This document shows, piece by piece, positions 11,301 to 19,437 of a stretch of DNA of 64,000 bases. A program made the translations under genes and the position numbers. The DNA is taken from positions 10,693 through 74,692 of the forward strand of contig CAIYRH010000018.1 in the NCBI GenBank assembly GCA_903928565.1, read 5' to 3'. The notes below the pieces were generated by a model. The model searched no databases, was not told the DNA's origin, and was given only the letters and a program-made list of their open reading frames with translations. This DNA comes from Candidatus Staskawiczbacteria bacterium. Lineage in GTDB: Bacteria; Patescibacteriota; Minisyncoccia; Minisyncoccales; Staskawiczbacteraceae. How positions within the stretch are numbered: the stretch's first letter is position 1; every line of letters starts with the position of its first letter.

Positions 11301-12268
11301 GGGATTGTAGTAAAAGCCACAACATCTGTTAGTGGAGTTGTTTCATCTTGAGCTGAAACTGTTACTAATTGCCCATTGTCTGTTTCGGTTTTTTCAATAA
11401 CGGGGGCGGGAGCCACATATTCCACCGCGATACAATTATCTGTTGCGTCACCCTGACAAGGTTGCTGATCTGGCTGAATATTTGAAGGATTTTCGGCAGG
11501 TTGTGTCTGGCTTTGATCTGGTGTAACGTCTGGCGGCGGGGTATTGTCTACTGGAGGTAAGTTAGTTTGATCTGTTGGTGGAGTTGTGTCGGTTGGCGAA
11601 GTTGTTTCTGTTGGCGGCGGTGTTTCGGTTATCGCTGGAGTCGAGGCAGTGGGCTCGCCCGCCACATTGTCCGCAGAATTTTGGGCGGGTTCGGCCGGTG
11701 CTGGATTAGAAACATCAACAAGTTGCGAGTTGCTGTCTGGCACAATGGCAGAAACCACGTTTTCTACCGCTTGCTGCTCATCGGCCAAAAAAAGACTCAT
11801 ACCGTCAGCCAAACTTCCTAAAAAATTTCTAGAAGAAACATTTTTGGCTACAGCGTTTTTAGCCGGTTTATTTTTTATGGATTTAATTATATTTAATCTT
11901 TGCTCTTCGGTAATTACAAATTGACCATTATTTTTCAAACTTTTAATTTCTTCTGGTGTTATTTTTTTTACCGTTACATTCGTGGCACTCTTAGGAACTT
12001 TTACTAAACGTTTTCCATTTTTTATTTCATTGGCATCTACTAAAGTAATCATTCTCACTGGTAGGCCGGCTACAACCTGAGAAGTAGAGGCTGTTCTAGT
12101 ATTTTTGAAAACAAAAACTTCTTCTCTATAATGGCTCAATTCAAACCAAATTCCCCAGACAAGAAACAAAAAAACTGCACAAGCTAAAACAGCCAAAATA
12201 TTCTTTTTGTTTTTCGAAAAGAATGCCACAAAAAACTCACAAAATTGATTGAAAGTTTTGCTTTGCAT
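5387..12268 (-). CDS. Giant (2293 aa) membrane-anchored surface protein with Pro/Thr-rich linker and at least ten tandem repeats of ~82 aa (beta-helix/adhesin-like)
   Basis: Single uninterrupted ORF; N-terminal TM; repeated block GPVVLGAN..TTSGTNTVNF..INGAYTLT..TVTFGGIIGGSTPIRTLSVTAGTAINLNTTAITLASGY. Confidence 0.7.
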   Translation of the reverse strand: MQSKTFNQFCEFFVAFFSKNKKNILAVLACAVFLFLVWGIWFELSHYREEVFVFKNTRTASTSQVVAGLPVRMITLVDANEIKNGKRLVKVPKSATNVTVKKITPEEIKSLKNNGQFVITEEQRLNIIKSIKNKPAKNAVAKNVSSRNFLGSLADGMSLFLADEQQAVENVVSAIVPDSNSQLVDVSNPAPAEPAQNSADNVAGEPTASTPAITETPPPTETTSPTDTTPPTDQTNLPPVDNTPPPDVTPDQSQTQPAENPSNIQPDQQPCQGDATDNCIAVEYVAPAPVIEKTETDNGQLVTVSAQDETTPLTDVVAFTTIPEIYKVGDEKKIKIKWKSNDGQEVKFTAKDLDGNGLIDYLEWTVPHLSEQTFEIIFISKAFQLDASQNIISDIYDKVRAQDGNWAQLTDGQYIRATFDQALQNFNDNTIYARPRDPSSPVKIEVYPVYTDENGNMTDGPLVATFENIDHEDTYKIPLTNLQNSTDTFDLKIFGNVDVDFVVDPNNYWTNTDNNNSYNDANNWSLGHVPTSSDTAVFDTTSTADCNINVDVSVAALQLNSGYSGTVTQTSTYIVTSAGAVAISAGKLTLINSNTLSGGVTLNAGGTLNINSALALGAGTLTINGGTIDNTSAGSVTINNAETWNASFAFTGTQALNLGTGAVTLGANTTVTISNSQTLTIGGTINGAYTLTISDTGGIVTFGGNIGGSTPIRTLAVTATTINLNTTAITLASTYGITFTGAVVLGANVAITTSGTNTVNFTSTINGAYNLTVGAGTGTVTFGGIIGGSTPIRNFYITASTAINLNTTAITFASGYSPSFTGPVVLGANISITTSGTNTVGFSGSSSTTINGAYTLTINAGASGSVNFSGVIGGTTPIRTLSVTATSGINLSASAITIAANYGATFTGPVALGTDVTINCSGTAHTINFTSTINSSANLTINGGASTTVTFGGIIGGSTPLHNLSVTAGTAINLNTTAITLYSGYSATFTGPVVLGANLAISTAGVNTVNFAGTINGAYNLTAGSSTLTLGGAIGGTTPLHTLSFSGSTAINLNTSAITLASGYNLSFNAAVTLGSPTTTITTSGTNSVTFMSPVNGANNLTINAGASGTVYFYGTIGNLTPIRTLSVTAGTAISLSTSAITLASGYGATFTGPVTLNSATVTITPAGTSTINFTSSVSGANNLTIAGVAGTTVTFGGSIGSPTPIHTLAVTAGTAINLNGAGITLAANYGATFTGPVVLGATVSIGCSGTSHTINFTSTINGAQGLYINGGTNTTATFGGIIGGSTPIQTLSVTAGTAININTTGITLASGYSPTFLGPVVLGVNTSITTSGSNTVNFSGSTATINGAYTLTINSGSFGTVTFGGIIGGSTPIRTLSVTASTAINLSKNVTIAANYGATFTGPVVLGANVQINCSGTAHTINFTSSISGAYTFTISGVAGTTVAFGGIIGSPTPIQTLSVTAGTAINLNTSLITIAANYGATFTGPVVLGSPVTVNCSGTAHTINFAQTINGAQTLTVSGGANTTVTFGGVVGGTTPLSTINITAATINSNANMAFTGGTWSGAVALGTTCVWTINTGTLAIGGIISGSTFGIQKNGDGTLTLSGANNFSGGFQMNTGILNINNASALGSALAWINGGTINNTSGNPITVTNDINWGGNFAFTGTKDINFSGAWWQSDYHYITVNGGNLTISGTINDDTNYIGIGKYGTGALTLSGDNNTDDNPAIAFGGVSVYAGTLNIANAGALGGPYGILYLYGGTIDNTSGSPLTVTGTSCSFYGNFAFAGTNDLSFDTVSSSMLYASSQITTNTAGKTLTFEGGISGSNSYVMTKAGAGALTLSGTNIFSGGTTLNAGTLTVNNSSGLGTGQFLQSGGTFVGTGDINIGGNFSLSGGTFNSTSGNLSVAGNWSHTTGTFNHNNGTVTFNGTNQSIAGSTNFKNFSKIDTTNNSTDVILTFDHTGTQTIAGLLTLQGIDNNDRVNLVSDSPGTRWGLVANGTFAINYADVTDSDASGGTTVVQTNSIDGGHNLNWLFNVAPYISGSVSTYDATTLSSTDITLIGNSTKNVVCSATAYDGNGYSDLTGVTAVLYRSGVGAGAGDDRSNHYTLTSQCVASGGSGNTQVYTCTFSVYYYADATDAGTYSGENWLCKITPADHVGAGTSTVSSGIEMDTLKYIDVSSLNYGSLTPGQNTTSDHKATVTNEGNVATGFKVSGVESALTCSSRGTIAIGYEQYHLTSFVYGGGAALAQVETDTGASINKPTQSTPLPTQDTYWQMYVPNGVKGTCTGSTTFGVN
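7570..10290. repeat. At least ten in-frame tandem DNA repeats of ~246 bp inside the giant protein gene
   Basis: Recurring ccgggccggtaaatgttgc...gcaagagtaattgc landmarks at ~7820, 8060, 8310, 8560, 8815, 9060, 9295, 9545, 9795, 10045. Confidence 0.6.
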
Positions 12269-12513
12269 TATATAACTTTATCATTTCCAATAAATTTTAC
12301 AATATACTTTATGCACAAAAAAACGGCCTGCTTATGGTCGTTCTTTTGTCGCCCTGAATTCCTTAAAAAATTCTAGTAATATTTTAGGTGGGCATCCTCA
12401 CGTTGTGGCCACGGCCACAACAAATATTAGATTCCCTAATGAAAAATTGTATAGAATTTATTGTGAAATATCAGAGCTACTTCTATTTTAACTTATTAGG
12501 CGTCAGTGTCAAA

Positions 12514-13578
12514 TTAAAATCCCAGGGCTCCTACAAGTTGTTTTATTAATGAAACAACAACTGGAGGTGGCATTAAACTGTTAGATAAATTTCCTTCGTC
12601 GTCTTTAACTTCCCAAGGTTTTTCATGAGTTAAAACAACGCCATCTTTTAATTCATAACTAAATTCTGGAGTAATTTCATAATCATCGGCAGTTTCGTTA
12701 GTCTTTGCAACAGGAATCGTGTTTCTCAATAAAACTTTTGGAATTCCCTGCAATTTATAAGCTTCTTTTATTAACATTTCGTCTTTGTCTAATCTTTCTT
12801 TTATTGGAGCAATTCCATTTTCGTCACCTTCTTTGGCAACCATTCTGGCTCCTGGACAACCGGAATTATCACAAATCAAATGAAATGTTTTATCTTTTTC
12901 ATCGTATTCAACTTTCTTGGTTGGCAAAAGTTTCAAACTTCTTGAATTATTACACAAAGGGCAGATAACTCTTGTTTTAACCCTTTCATCAATTACTGTT
13001 GTTGGGACATCAATTAAAACAAAAACGTCGGCATCTTCTCTGTATCCAATTAAATCTCTAAAAAATAATGCGTAGGAAATTTGGTCTAAGTCGCGCGGGA
13101 AACCGTCTATAAAAATTGTTTTCTTACCAAGCTTTGAAATTTCTCTCTTAGCCAAAGTTAAAATCAATTCTGTTGGCAATAAAACTTTTGTTGAACGGGT
13201 TTCTAGGGCCTTCATTATTTCCGACAACGGCAAAAAACCTCTATAATTTTTTTCTAAAAAATCAACCAGCTCTTTCTTTTTTTCTTCATCTTTCATTGTT
13301 TCGTCGAAACTTCTTATCATGTCTCCAATTGAAAAATGAGCAATTTTATCTTTATCAATTACTTCAGCCAACATTTTAGCATAGGTGCCTTTCCCAGAAG
13401 ACTTTTTACCCATCATATATGCAATAAAAGAATTTTTTTGCATATAATCTTTAAGTTTCTTTATTTCCGGCCCGGCTTTGTATTCAAAATACGCCTTTCT
13501 GCCTTCAAAGTCTGTTAAATCGAATTTTTTGTCCTCACTTGTTTTTGTTACAAATAATGGAAAATCTAAATCTTTCAT
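12514..13578 (-). CDS. Adenylate kinase family protein (NMP kinase with zinc-binding lid) with N-terminal extension
   Basis: P-loop GKKSSGKGT, IDGFPRD motif, lid cysteines CPLCNN...CDNSGCPG. Confidence 0.5.
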   Translation of the reverse strand: MKDLDFPLFVTKTSEDKKFDLTDFEGRKAYFEYKAGPEIKKLKDYMQKNSFIAYMMGKKSSGKGTYAKMLAEVIDKDKIAHFSIGDMIRSFDETMKDEEKKKELVDFLEKNYRGFLPLSEIMKALETRSTKVLLPTELILTLAKREISKLGKKTIFIDGFPRDLDQISYALFFRDLIGYREDADVFVLIDVPTTVIDERVKTRVICPLCNNSRSLKLLPTKKVEYDEKDKTFHLICDNSGCPGARMVAKEGDENGIAPIKERLDKDEMLIKEAYKLQGIPKVLLRNTIPVAKTNETADDYEITPEFSYELKDGVVLTHEKPWEVKDDEGNLSNSLMPPPVVVSLIKQLVGALGF

Positions 13579-13582
13579 TTGT

Positions 13583-14443
13583 TTATTCTTTAATTATATT
13601 TTCACCGTCAGAAACAAATACAACGTCGCCGTTTTTATCTGTTCTGAATATATTTATACCAAAATTTGCCAATCTATTCAATGCCTCAGGCGTTGGGTGC
13701 CCATAAGAATTCTTTCCAACATCCACAACGGCAAACGCGGGTTTAACATTTTCTAAAAATAAATCTGAGGTTGAATATTTACTTCCGTGGTGAGCAACTT
13801 TCAAAACTGTAGCTAAAATATTCTCTCCGCTGTTTACTAATTGCTTTTCAGCTTTTGTGTCTATGTCGCCGGTAAATAGAAATGAATCTTTTCCATAAAT
13901 TATTTTTGCCACAACGCACGAATCGTTAGAACTACTTTTCATTTCTTGCCCCTCCATGCTTTTTAAGGGATACATTGTATTTATTAAAACATTTCCGGCC
14001 TTAATTTCTTGGCCGGCCTGGGCAATTAAAATTTTAGCACCCATTTTCTTTTGTTCATCTAAAACTTTAAGCCACATAGTATATTCGGGAGCCGATTTCT
14101 TAATACCGCTCCACAAAATATAGCCTACTTTGTATTTTTGCAGGGCAAATAGAAGGCCTTGCATGTGATCGGATTCTGGGTGAGTTAAAATTACCAAATC
14201 AATTGTTTTGTCCCACACAGGCATATTCACAGACAGTTTAGCCAAAAGTGCAGAACTTGGCCCGCCATCAATTAAAATTTGGTGGCCTTCTGGGGTTTCA
14301 ATAAAAGCCGAATCTCCTTGCCCAACATTTAAAAAGTCGACCTTCAAATTATGCGGAAAATATAACGCAAAAACATTTTGCCACGCATAAATATTTAGAA
14401 TTATTAAAATTCCGGCAGTAAATATTTTTGTTTTCTTCTGCAT
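13583..14443 (-). CDS. ComEC/Rec2-like metallo-beta-lactamase domain protein
   Basis: LNVGQGDSAFIETPEGHQILIDGGP, HPESDHMQG, VAHHGSKYS motifs; N-terminal signal/TM. Confidence 0.6.
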   Translation of the reverse strand: MQKKTKIFTAGILIILNIYAWQNVFALYFPHNLKVDFLNVGQGDSAFIETPEGHQILIDGGPSSALLAKLSVNMPVWDKTIDLVILTHPESDHMQGLLFALQKYKVGYILWSGIKKSAPEYTMWLKVLDEQKKMGAKILIAQAGQEIKAGNVLINTMYPLKSMEGQEMKSSSNDSCVVAKIIYGKDSFLFTGDIDTKAEKQLVNSGENILATVLKVAHHGSKYSTSDLFLENVKPAFAVVDVGKNSYGHPTPEALNRLANFGINIFRTDKNGDVVFVSDGENIIKE

Positions 14444-14452
14444 ACAAATAAA

Positions 14453-14474
14453 AAACCCCGCTAAGCGGGGTAAT
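14453..14474 (-). terminator. Rho-independent terminator (CCCCGCTTAGCGGGG + T-run on minus strand)
   Basis: Hairpin followed by TTTTTT directly downstream of the 55-aa gene. Confidence 0.55.
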
Positions 14475-14477
14475 TTA

Positions 14478-14645
14478 CTATTTCTTTGCCATTCCTAATA
14501 TCTTGAACATTCCTGTTCCACATGTTGGGCAAGTACCTTTCATAGCGGCTCTTTTTTTACCGCCCTTGCCGTTCATGGAAACTTCTTTGGGGTCTTTCAT
14601 GTCTCTTTTTGCTTTACATTTTACGCAATAAGCTTCTGTTGCCAT
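14478..14645 (-). CDS. Small (55 aa) Cys-containing protein MATEAYCVKCK...GTCPTCGTGMFKILGMAKK, missing from the ORF track (shorter than 60 aa)
   Basis: ATG at 14643-14645, CxxC...CxxCG pattern, own terminator. Confidence 0.35.
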   Translation of the reverse strand: MATEAYCVKCKAKRDMKDPKEVSMNGKGGKKRAAMKGTCPTCGTGMFKILGMAKK

Positions 14646-14678
14646 AATTTTTGTTGATTTAATTATTATTAGATTAAT

Positions 14679-15479
14679 TTACCCGGCTGTCCACCCGCCG
14701 TCAACTACCATAACGCTTCCGGTCATATAAGATGATTCATCTGACGCCAAAAATAAGACTGCGCCGGCAATTTCTTCTGCAGTACCACTTCTTTTCATTG
14801 GTATTGGAGCCAGCATTGCCTCCCTTGTTTTTTCGTCCATTACCATTGTATGCGTGCCTGGGGTGTCTATTGAGCCAGGGTCAATTACGTTAATTCTAAT
14901 TCCCAGTGGAGCTAATTCTAAAGCCATTGCTCTTGTCATTCCCACCATTCCGCCCTTTGAGGCACAATAATGTGTTAGGCCAGCAAAGCCCATCAAGGCC
15001 GCCACCGAAGCAATATTTATAATAGAACCCCTTTGCCCTTTTTCATTTGGCTGGTTATTTTTCATTTTTAATGCGCAAGCCTGAGCAAACATAAAACTTC
15101 CTTTCAAATTAACATCAATAACTTTTGCAAACTGTTCTTCTTTCATTTCTAAAAATGGTTGAAAGGGATAAATGCCGGCATTATTTACTAAAATATCTAT
15201 TTTACCAAATTTTTTAATAGCTTCGGAAACCGCATTATCAATTTCTGATTTCTTACTAATATCACATTTTATAATAATAGACTCTCCACGCATTTTTTTA
15301 ATTTTTTCTGCAACCTGCTGGCAAGAAGCTGCGTCAACGTCGCACAATACAACCTTGGCACCTGCTTGTGCTAATTTTATTGAATCGGCTTCGCCCATGC
15401 CCTTACCGGCACCCGTTACTATAGCAACTTTTCCTTTTAGATCACAAAACTTTGGCGAGGTTCTATTTAGTCCAAACAT
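14679..15479 (-). CDS. Short-chain dehydrogenase/reductase (FabG-like)
   Basis: GKVAIVTGAGKGMG Rossmann motif, NNAG, YxxxK (YCASK). Confidence 0.75.
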   Translation of the reverse strand: MFGLNRTSPKFCDLKGKVAIVTGAGKGMGEADSIKLAQAGAKVVLCDVDAASCQQVAEKIKKMRGESIIIKCDISKKSEIDNAVSEAIKKFGKIDILVNNAGIYPFQPFLEMKEEQFAKVIDVNLKGSFMFAQACALKMKNNQPNEKGQRGSIINIASVAALMGFAGLTHYCASKGGMVGMTRAMALELAPLGIRINVIDPGSIDTPGTHTMVMDEKTREAMLAPIPMKRSGTAEEIAGAVLFLASDESSYMTGSVMVVDGGWTAG

Positions 15480-15521
15480 ATTTTTATTAAATTAATTATT
15501 AATATTAAATAATTATACCTC

Positions 15522-16055
15522 TTATTCTTTGCAACAATCAATTACTGACTGCACAACTTTTCCCAATTTTGCCAAAATTCCTTTTTTGTCTGTATCTGTT
15601 TTGGTAATTTGGTGGTCTTCAAGTTTTTTTACTTCGCCCATGTCTATAAGCTTTAAATTTAAACCCCAAAATAGGGAATACAATTGATAAGATTTCTTAA
15701 ATAAATCCTCGGCGTCTTTTTTATTATTACGCGCGTGAGCTTTTGTGCCAACTTCCATTAAACGCATTGAAGCGGCTAATAAGTGTTTTGAAATGCACCA
15801 AATTTCACCCTCGGGGTCTTTAACAATTCTTTTTAAAAGTTCGCCCCGCATTTTGCGCGCCTCTTGTAGCAAATCAAAATATTCTGGCTTGCCGGTTTTA
15901 TTTGCAGTAAAGAAAAAGTGCTCTTCAATGGAGATTAAATTCATTATTGCAATAGACAAGTCTTCATCTGAAGATAAGTCTAGCTGATTATCTTTGTCTT
16001 CTTGAACTTTTTTTATAAACTCTTCAATTTTTTTGTCGTCTAAATTGTTTTCCAT
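15522..16055 (-). CDS. Hypothetical protein
   Basis: 177-aa ORF in operon context; no recognised motif. Confidence 0.45.
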   Translation of the reverse strand: MENNLDDKKIEEFIKKVQEDKDNQLDLSSDEDLSIAIMNLISIEEHFFFTANKTGKPEYFDLLQEARKMRGELLKRIVKDPEGEIWCISKHLLAASMRLMEVGTKAHARNNKKDAEDLFKKSYQLYSLFWGLNLKLIDMGEVKKLEDHQITKTDTDKKGILAKLGKVVQSVIDCCKE

Positions 16056-16546
16056 AAAATTAAACTTGTTATTAATAAAAATAAAACCGGCACCGCCACT
16101 CTTTGATACGGAAAATACACTTTTCCGCCATTTTGCTTTTTTAAATATAAATTAAACCAACTGCCCAAATATAAAACTATAAAACCAATAGTAGACCCCA
16201 CAATTATTTTATCTAATCCCCAAATTTGGTTTAAAGGGTGCCCAACAATTCCAGCATAATATAGCGGAATAAATGTTAGCAAAATATAGGCCAAAGTAAT
16301 TACAATGCCGTCGTCAGTAAAATTCCAATTTCTTTTTTTCATAAATTCCAGCGTCCAGGAAATCATTGCAATTAAAAATGCACCAATCCAAACAGAAGAA
16401 ACAACGTCATCAATGCCAAACCAGCGCGACAAACCAAGCCCCGCACCAATTGCCACAACGCAAACCGGGCAAACTTGCGCACTCACAAAACCCGCCACAA
16501 AAATGCCTAAAAATAATAATGCAAAAAATAAATATTTAAATTTCAT
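16040..16546 (-). CDS. Hypothetical integral membrane protein
   Basis: 168-aa ORF with several hydrophobic helices. Confidence 0.5.
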   Translation of the reverse strand: MKFKYLFFALLFLGIFVAGFVSAQVCPVCVVAIGAGLGLSRWFGIDDVVSSVWIGAFLIAMISWTLEFMKKRNWNFTDDGIVITLAYILLTFIPLYYAGIVGHPLNQIWGLDKIIVGSTIGFIVLYLGSWFNLYLKKQNGGKVYFPYQRVAVPVLFLLITSLILWKTI

Positions 16547-16547
16547 A

Positions 16548-16940
16548 CTACTTGATACCGGCTGCGGTTTTTAAGAAATTAGGAACGTCTACTTCCCCTA
16601 TGTAACATTTGCCATTACCGTCGTATAAAAATGGAACACCCACCGAGTCTCCTTTTATATTACACATTTTTACAACCTGTGCCAAAGTGGCCTGGTTATT
16701 CTTATTATACCAAACTTCCAGCCTGCTAATTTTAACTTTGTCTTCAATTTTATTTTCAGTGATAAATTTTTCAACATCTTCGCAATGCGGGCACCCTTGC
16801 CCGTAAAACAAAACTATTCCTGCAGGTAATGGAGTAGCGGTTACTGTTGAATGCCCAGCAAATAATCCGCCCTGAAATGCCCAAAATAAAAACCCAGCTA
16901 AAACTACTATTAAAATTGTATAAATTATTGTTTTATCCAT
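16548..16940 (-). CDS. Thioredoxin-fold protein with N-terminal membrane anchor (CPHC active site)
   Basis: YGQGCPHCEDVEKF motif; N-terminal hydrophobic segment. Confidence 0.55.
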   Translation of the reverse strand: MDKTIIYTILIVVLAGFLFWAFQGGLFAGHSTVTATPLPAGIVLFYGQGCPHCEDVEKFITENKIEDKVKISRLEVWYNKNNQATLAQVVKMCNIKGDSVGVPFLYDGNGKCYIGEVDVPNFLKTAAGIK

Positions 16941-16984
16941 ATTTTATTATTTTACCCCCTTACAAAAAAATATTCAACTTAATT

Positions 16985-19213
16985 TTACTTATATGCCTTC
17001 ATGCTCAAGGAATTTAGCACCACGCTTACTGAAGAAAATGCCATGGCCCCCGCGGCAATTGAAGGGCTTAACAGCCAACCAGTAAATGGGAACAAAACGC
17101 CCGCCGCCACAGGAATTCCAACTATATTATAAAAGAAAGCCCAAAAAAGTCCCTGTTTTATTTTTCTTAAAGTGTAAACACTCAAATGAATTGCCTTAAC
17201 AACATCGCGCAAATCATTTTTAATTAAAACAATTTCTCCGGTTTCCATTGCAACATCGGTGCCACTACCCAAAGCAATTCCCAAATTTGCTTGAGCTAAG
17301 GCGGGCGCATCGTTTATGCCATCACCCACCATAGCCACGACTCTTCGAGTCGTGGAATTTCGAATTTCGAAATTCGAATTTCGAATTTGCTCGCCAGATT
17401 GCAATTTTTTAATAATCTGTGCTTTATCTTGCGGGAGGATCTCTGCAAATACATAATCTATACCAAGCTGGCGAGCTATGGCTTGGCCCACTCTTTTATT
17501 GTCTCCTGTAATTATTGCAACTTCTTTTCCCATTTTATGCAGGGTTTCAATGGCCTCTTTTGAATGTTCTTTTAAAACATCTGCCACTGCAATAATTCCA
17601 ATGATTTTTCCGCCCTGCGCTAAAATCATAGCCGTTTTGCCCTGATCTTCAAGCGTTGTCATTTTGTCTTCTATTAAATCAACCGGAATTTTATTATCGT
17701 TCATTAACATTCTTGTTCCTAATAAAATTTGCTTTCCCTCCAATAGAGCCTTAACGCCCCTGCCCGGAATTGCTTCAAACGCTTCAACTACGCTTAGCAC
17801 AAGCCCTTCTTTTTTTGCTTTGTTTACAATTGCTTGAGCCAAGGGGTGTTCTGAATTTTTTTCTACACTTGCTGCAATCTGCAAAATTTCGTTTTGAATT
17901 TCGGATTTCGTACTTCGAGTTTCCGTGATTGAAATTATGTCAGTCACGGTTGGTTCGCCCCTAGTAAGGGTGCCTGTTTTATCAAAAACAACCATATTAA
18001 CATCTTTTGCCATTTGCAGGGCTTTACTGGACTTTATTAAAATTCCATTTTTAGCGGCCAAGCCCGTGCCCATCATAACGGCGGTTGGCGTTGCTAACCC
18101 CAAGGCACACGGGCAAGCTATTATAAGCACCGCAACAAACACCGAAAGAGCTACAGAAATTTGGTGCACTATTAAAAACCAAGCCAACCCCGAAATTAAA
18201 GCAATTCCAATTACAACCGGCACAAAATAAAATGAAACTTTATCTGCCAAAAGCTGAATTGGTGCTTTGCTTCCCATGGCCTCTTCAACAATTTTAATTA
18301 TTTGGCTAATCATTGTGTCTTTGCCAACGCGAGTTGCCCGAAATTGCAAAACGCCAGTTTTATTTATGGTGGCACCAATAACTTCGTCACCTTTTTTCTT
18401 TTCAACCGGCATTGATTCGCCGGTAATTGCCTGTTCGTCAACACCCGAATAACCGCTTACAACAACACCATCAACCGGAATTTTTTGCCCTGGTTTTACT
18501 AAAATAATATCGCCAACCATAACTGCCGAGATTTGTATTTCCACTTCTTCGTTTCGGATTTCAGATTTCGAAATTCGAATTTCCCGCAACACTGTTGCGG
18601 TCTTTGGTGCCAAGCCAATTAATTTTTTTATGGCAGAAGAAGTTTTACCTTTTGTAACTGCCTCTAAATATTTCCCTAAAGAAATAAATATTAAAATAAA
18701 GATTGCACTTTCAAAATAAACCTCACCACCTAAAAACATTTCTACGATACTATATATAAATGCCACGGCAGTACCAATAAAAATTAGCGAATCCATATTG
18801 GGCGCTAATTTTACAAGTTTTTTAAACCCCGAAGTCCAAATATCGAAACAAATTAGAATAACCGCCAAGGCCAAAATTGCTTGCACATATTTGGGAATAA
18901 AATCCATTTTTCCTGCCACCATTGCAATAATTATGGGCAAGCCAAAAATAAGAGATAAAATAAATCTAGTTTTTAGTCTTTTAGATTCGTCTTTAACCAC
19001 GCCCTCAACAACTTTATATCCCGCACTTTTAATAGCATTTTTTATGTTGTCTTCTTTAATAATTGTTTCGTCAAAATCAATGTAAGCTTTTTCAGAAGCC
19101 AAATTAACGGTGGCTGAATTAATGCCCTTTTCTTTTTTTAGACTATATTCAATAACCGAAGCGCAAGAAGCGCAAGTCATTCCACCAATATTTAAGACAA
19201 TTTTTTTATCCAT
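16985..19213 (-). CDS. copA: Copper-translocating P1B-type ATPase
   Basis: N-terminal [14 protein letters not shown] motif, [17 protein letters not shown]; carries three in-frame heptamer-repeat inserts. Confidence 0.85.
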   Translation of the reverse strand: MDKKIVLNIGGMTCASCASVIEYSLKKEKGINSATVNLASEKAYIDFDETIIKEDNIKNAIKSAGYKVVEGVVKDESKRLKTRFILSLIFGLPIIIAMVAGKMDFIPKYVQAILALAVILICFDIWTSGFKKLVKLAPNMDSLIFIGTAVAFIYSIVEMFLGGEVYFESAIFILIFISLGKYLEAVTKGKTSSAIKKLIGLAPKTATVLREIRISKSEIRNEEVEIQISAVMVGDIILVKPGQKIPVDGVVVSGYSGVDEQAITGESMPVEKKKGDEVIGATINKTGVLQFRATRVGKDTMISQIIKIVEEAMGSKAPIQLLADKVSFYFVPVVIGIALISGLAWFLIVHQISVALSVFVAVLIIACPCALGLATPTAVMMGTGLAAKNGILIKSSKALQMAKDVNMVVFDKTGTLTRGEPTVTDIISITETRSTKSEIQNEILQIAASVEKNSEHPLAQAIVNKAKKEGLVLSVVEAFEAIPGRGVKALLEGKQILLGTRMLMNDNKIPVDLIEDKMTTLEDQGKTAMILAQGGKIIGIIAVADVLKEHSKEAIETLHKMGKEVAIITGDNKRVGQAIARQLGIDYVFAEILPQDKAQIIKKLQSGEQIRNSNFEIRNSTTRRVVAMVGDGINDAPALAQANLGIALGSGTDVAMETGEIVLIKNDLRDVVKAIHLSVYTLRKIKQGLFWAFFYNIVGIPVAAGVLFPFTGWLLSPSIAAGAMAFSSVSVVLNSLSMKAYK
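17345..17390. repeat. (TTCGAAT)n-type heptamer repeat inserted in-frame in copA (encodes [10 protein letters not shown])
   Basis: gaatttcgaatttcgaaattcgaatttcgaattt. Confidence 0.65.
17885..17925. repeat. Degenerate heptamer repeat in copA (encodes [13 protein letters not shown])
   Basis: aatttcgttttgaatttcggatttcgtacttcgagtttccg. Confidence 0.5.
18547..18586. repeat. Heptamer repeat in copA (encodes [14 protein letters not shown]) ending in tttcccgc
   Basis: cgtttcggatttcagatttcgaaattcgaatttcccg. Confidence 0.6.
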
Positions 19214-19214
19214 C

Positions 19215-19433
19215 TTATTTTTTTACTTTCTTTCCGGCAGGCGAGTTTAACTCTTTTAAAATTTTAGCCAATTTTAAATCATAGGCTTTGCACACTTCTC
19301 CTATTTTTAAATCGTTTACTTCAAATTCGGCCATTGGGCAAGACAAACACGGCACGCCATTTTTTGCCAAAACTTCTTCACCGCCCTTCTTCTCAATTAT
19401 TTTTGCTAAAGTTGTATCTTTTGTAATTTTCAT
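19215..19433 (-). CDS. Small DUF1858-like redox/disulfide-motif protein
   Basis: 72 aa with CLSCPMA motif; placed between HMA membrane protein and copA. Confidence 0.45.
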   Translation of the reverse strand: MKITKDTTLAKIIEKKGGEEVLAKNGVPCLSCPMAEFEVNDLKIGEVCKAYDLKLAKILKELNSPAGKKVKK

Positions 19434-19437
19434 AAAA

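Noticed and set aside
5734-11924. Numerous 60-150-aa plus-strand ORFs inside the 2293-aa gene
   Set aside because: Antisense to a single uninterrupted 6.9-kb ORF; repetitive low-complexity translations (VPAVTERV..., IIPPKVTV...) typical of reverse frames of tandem repeats
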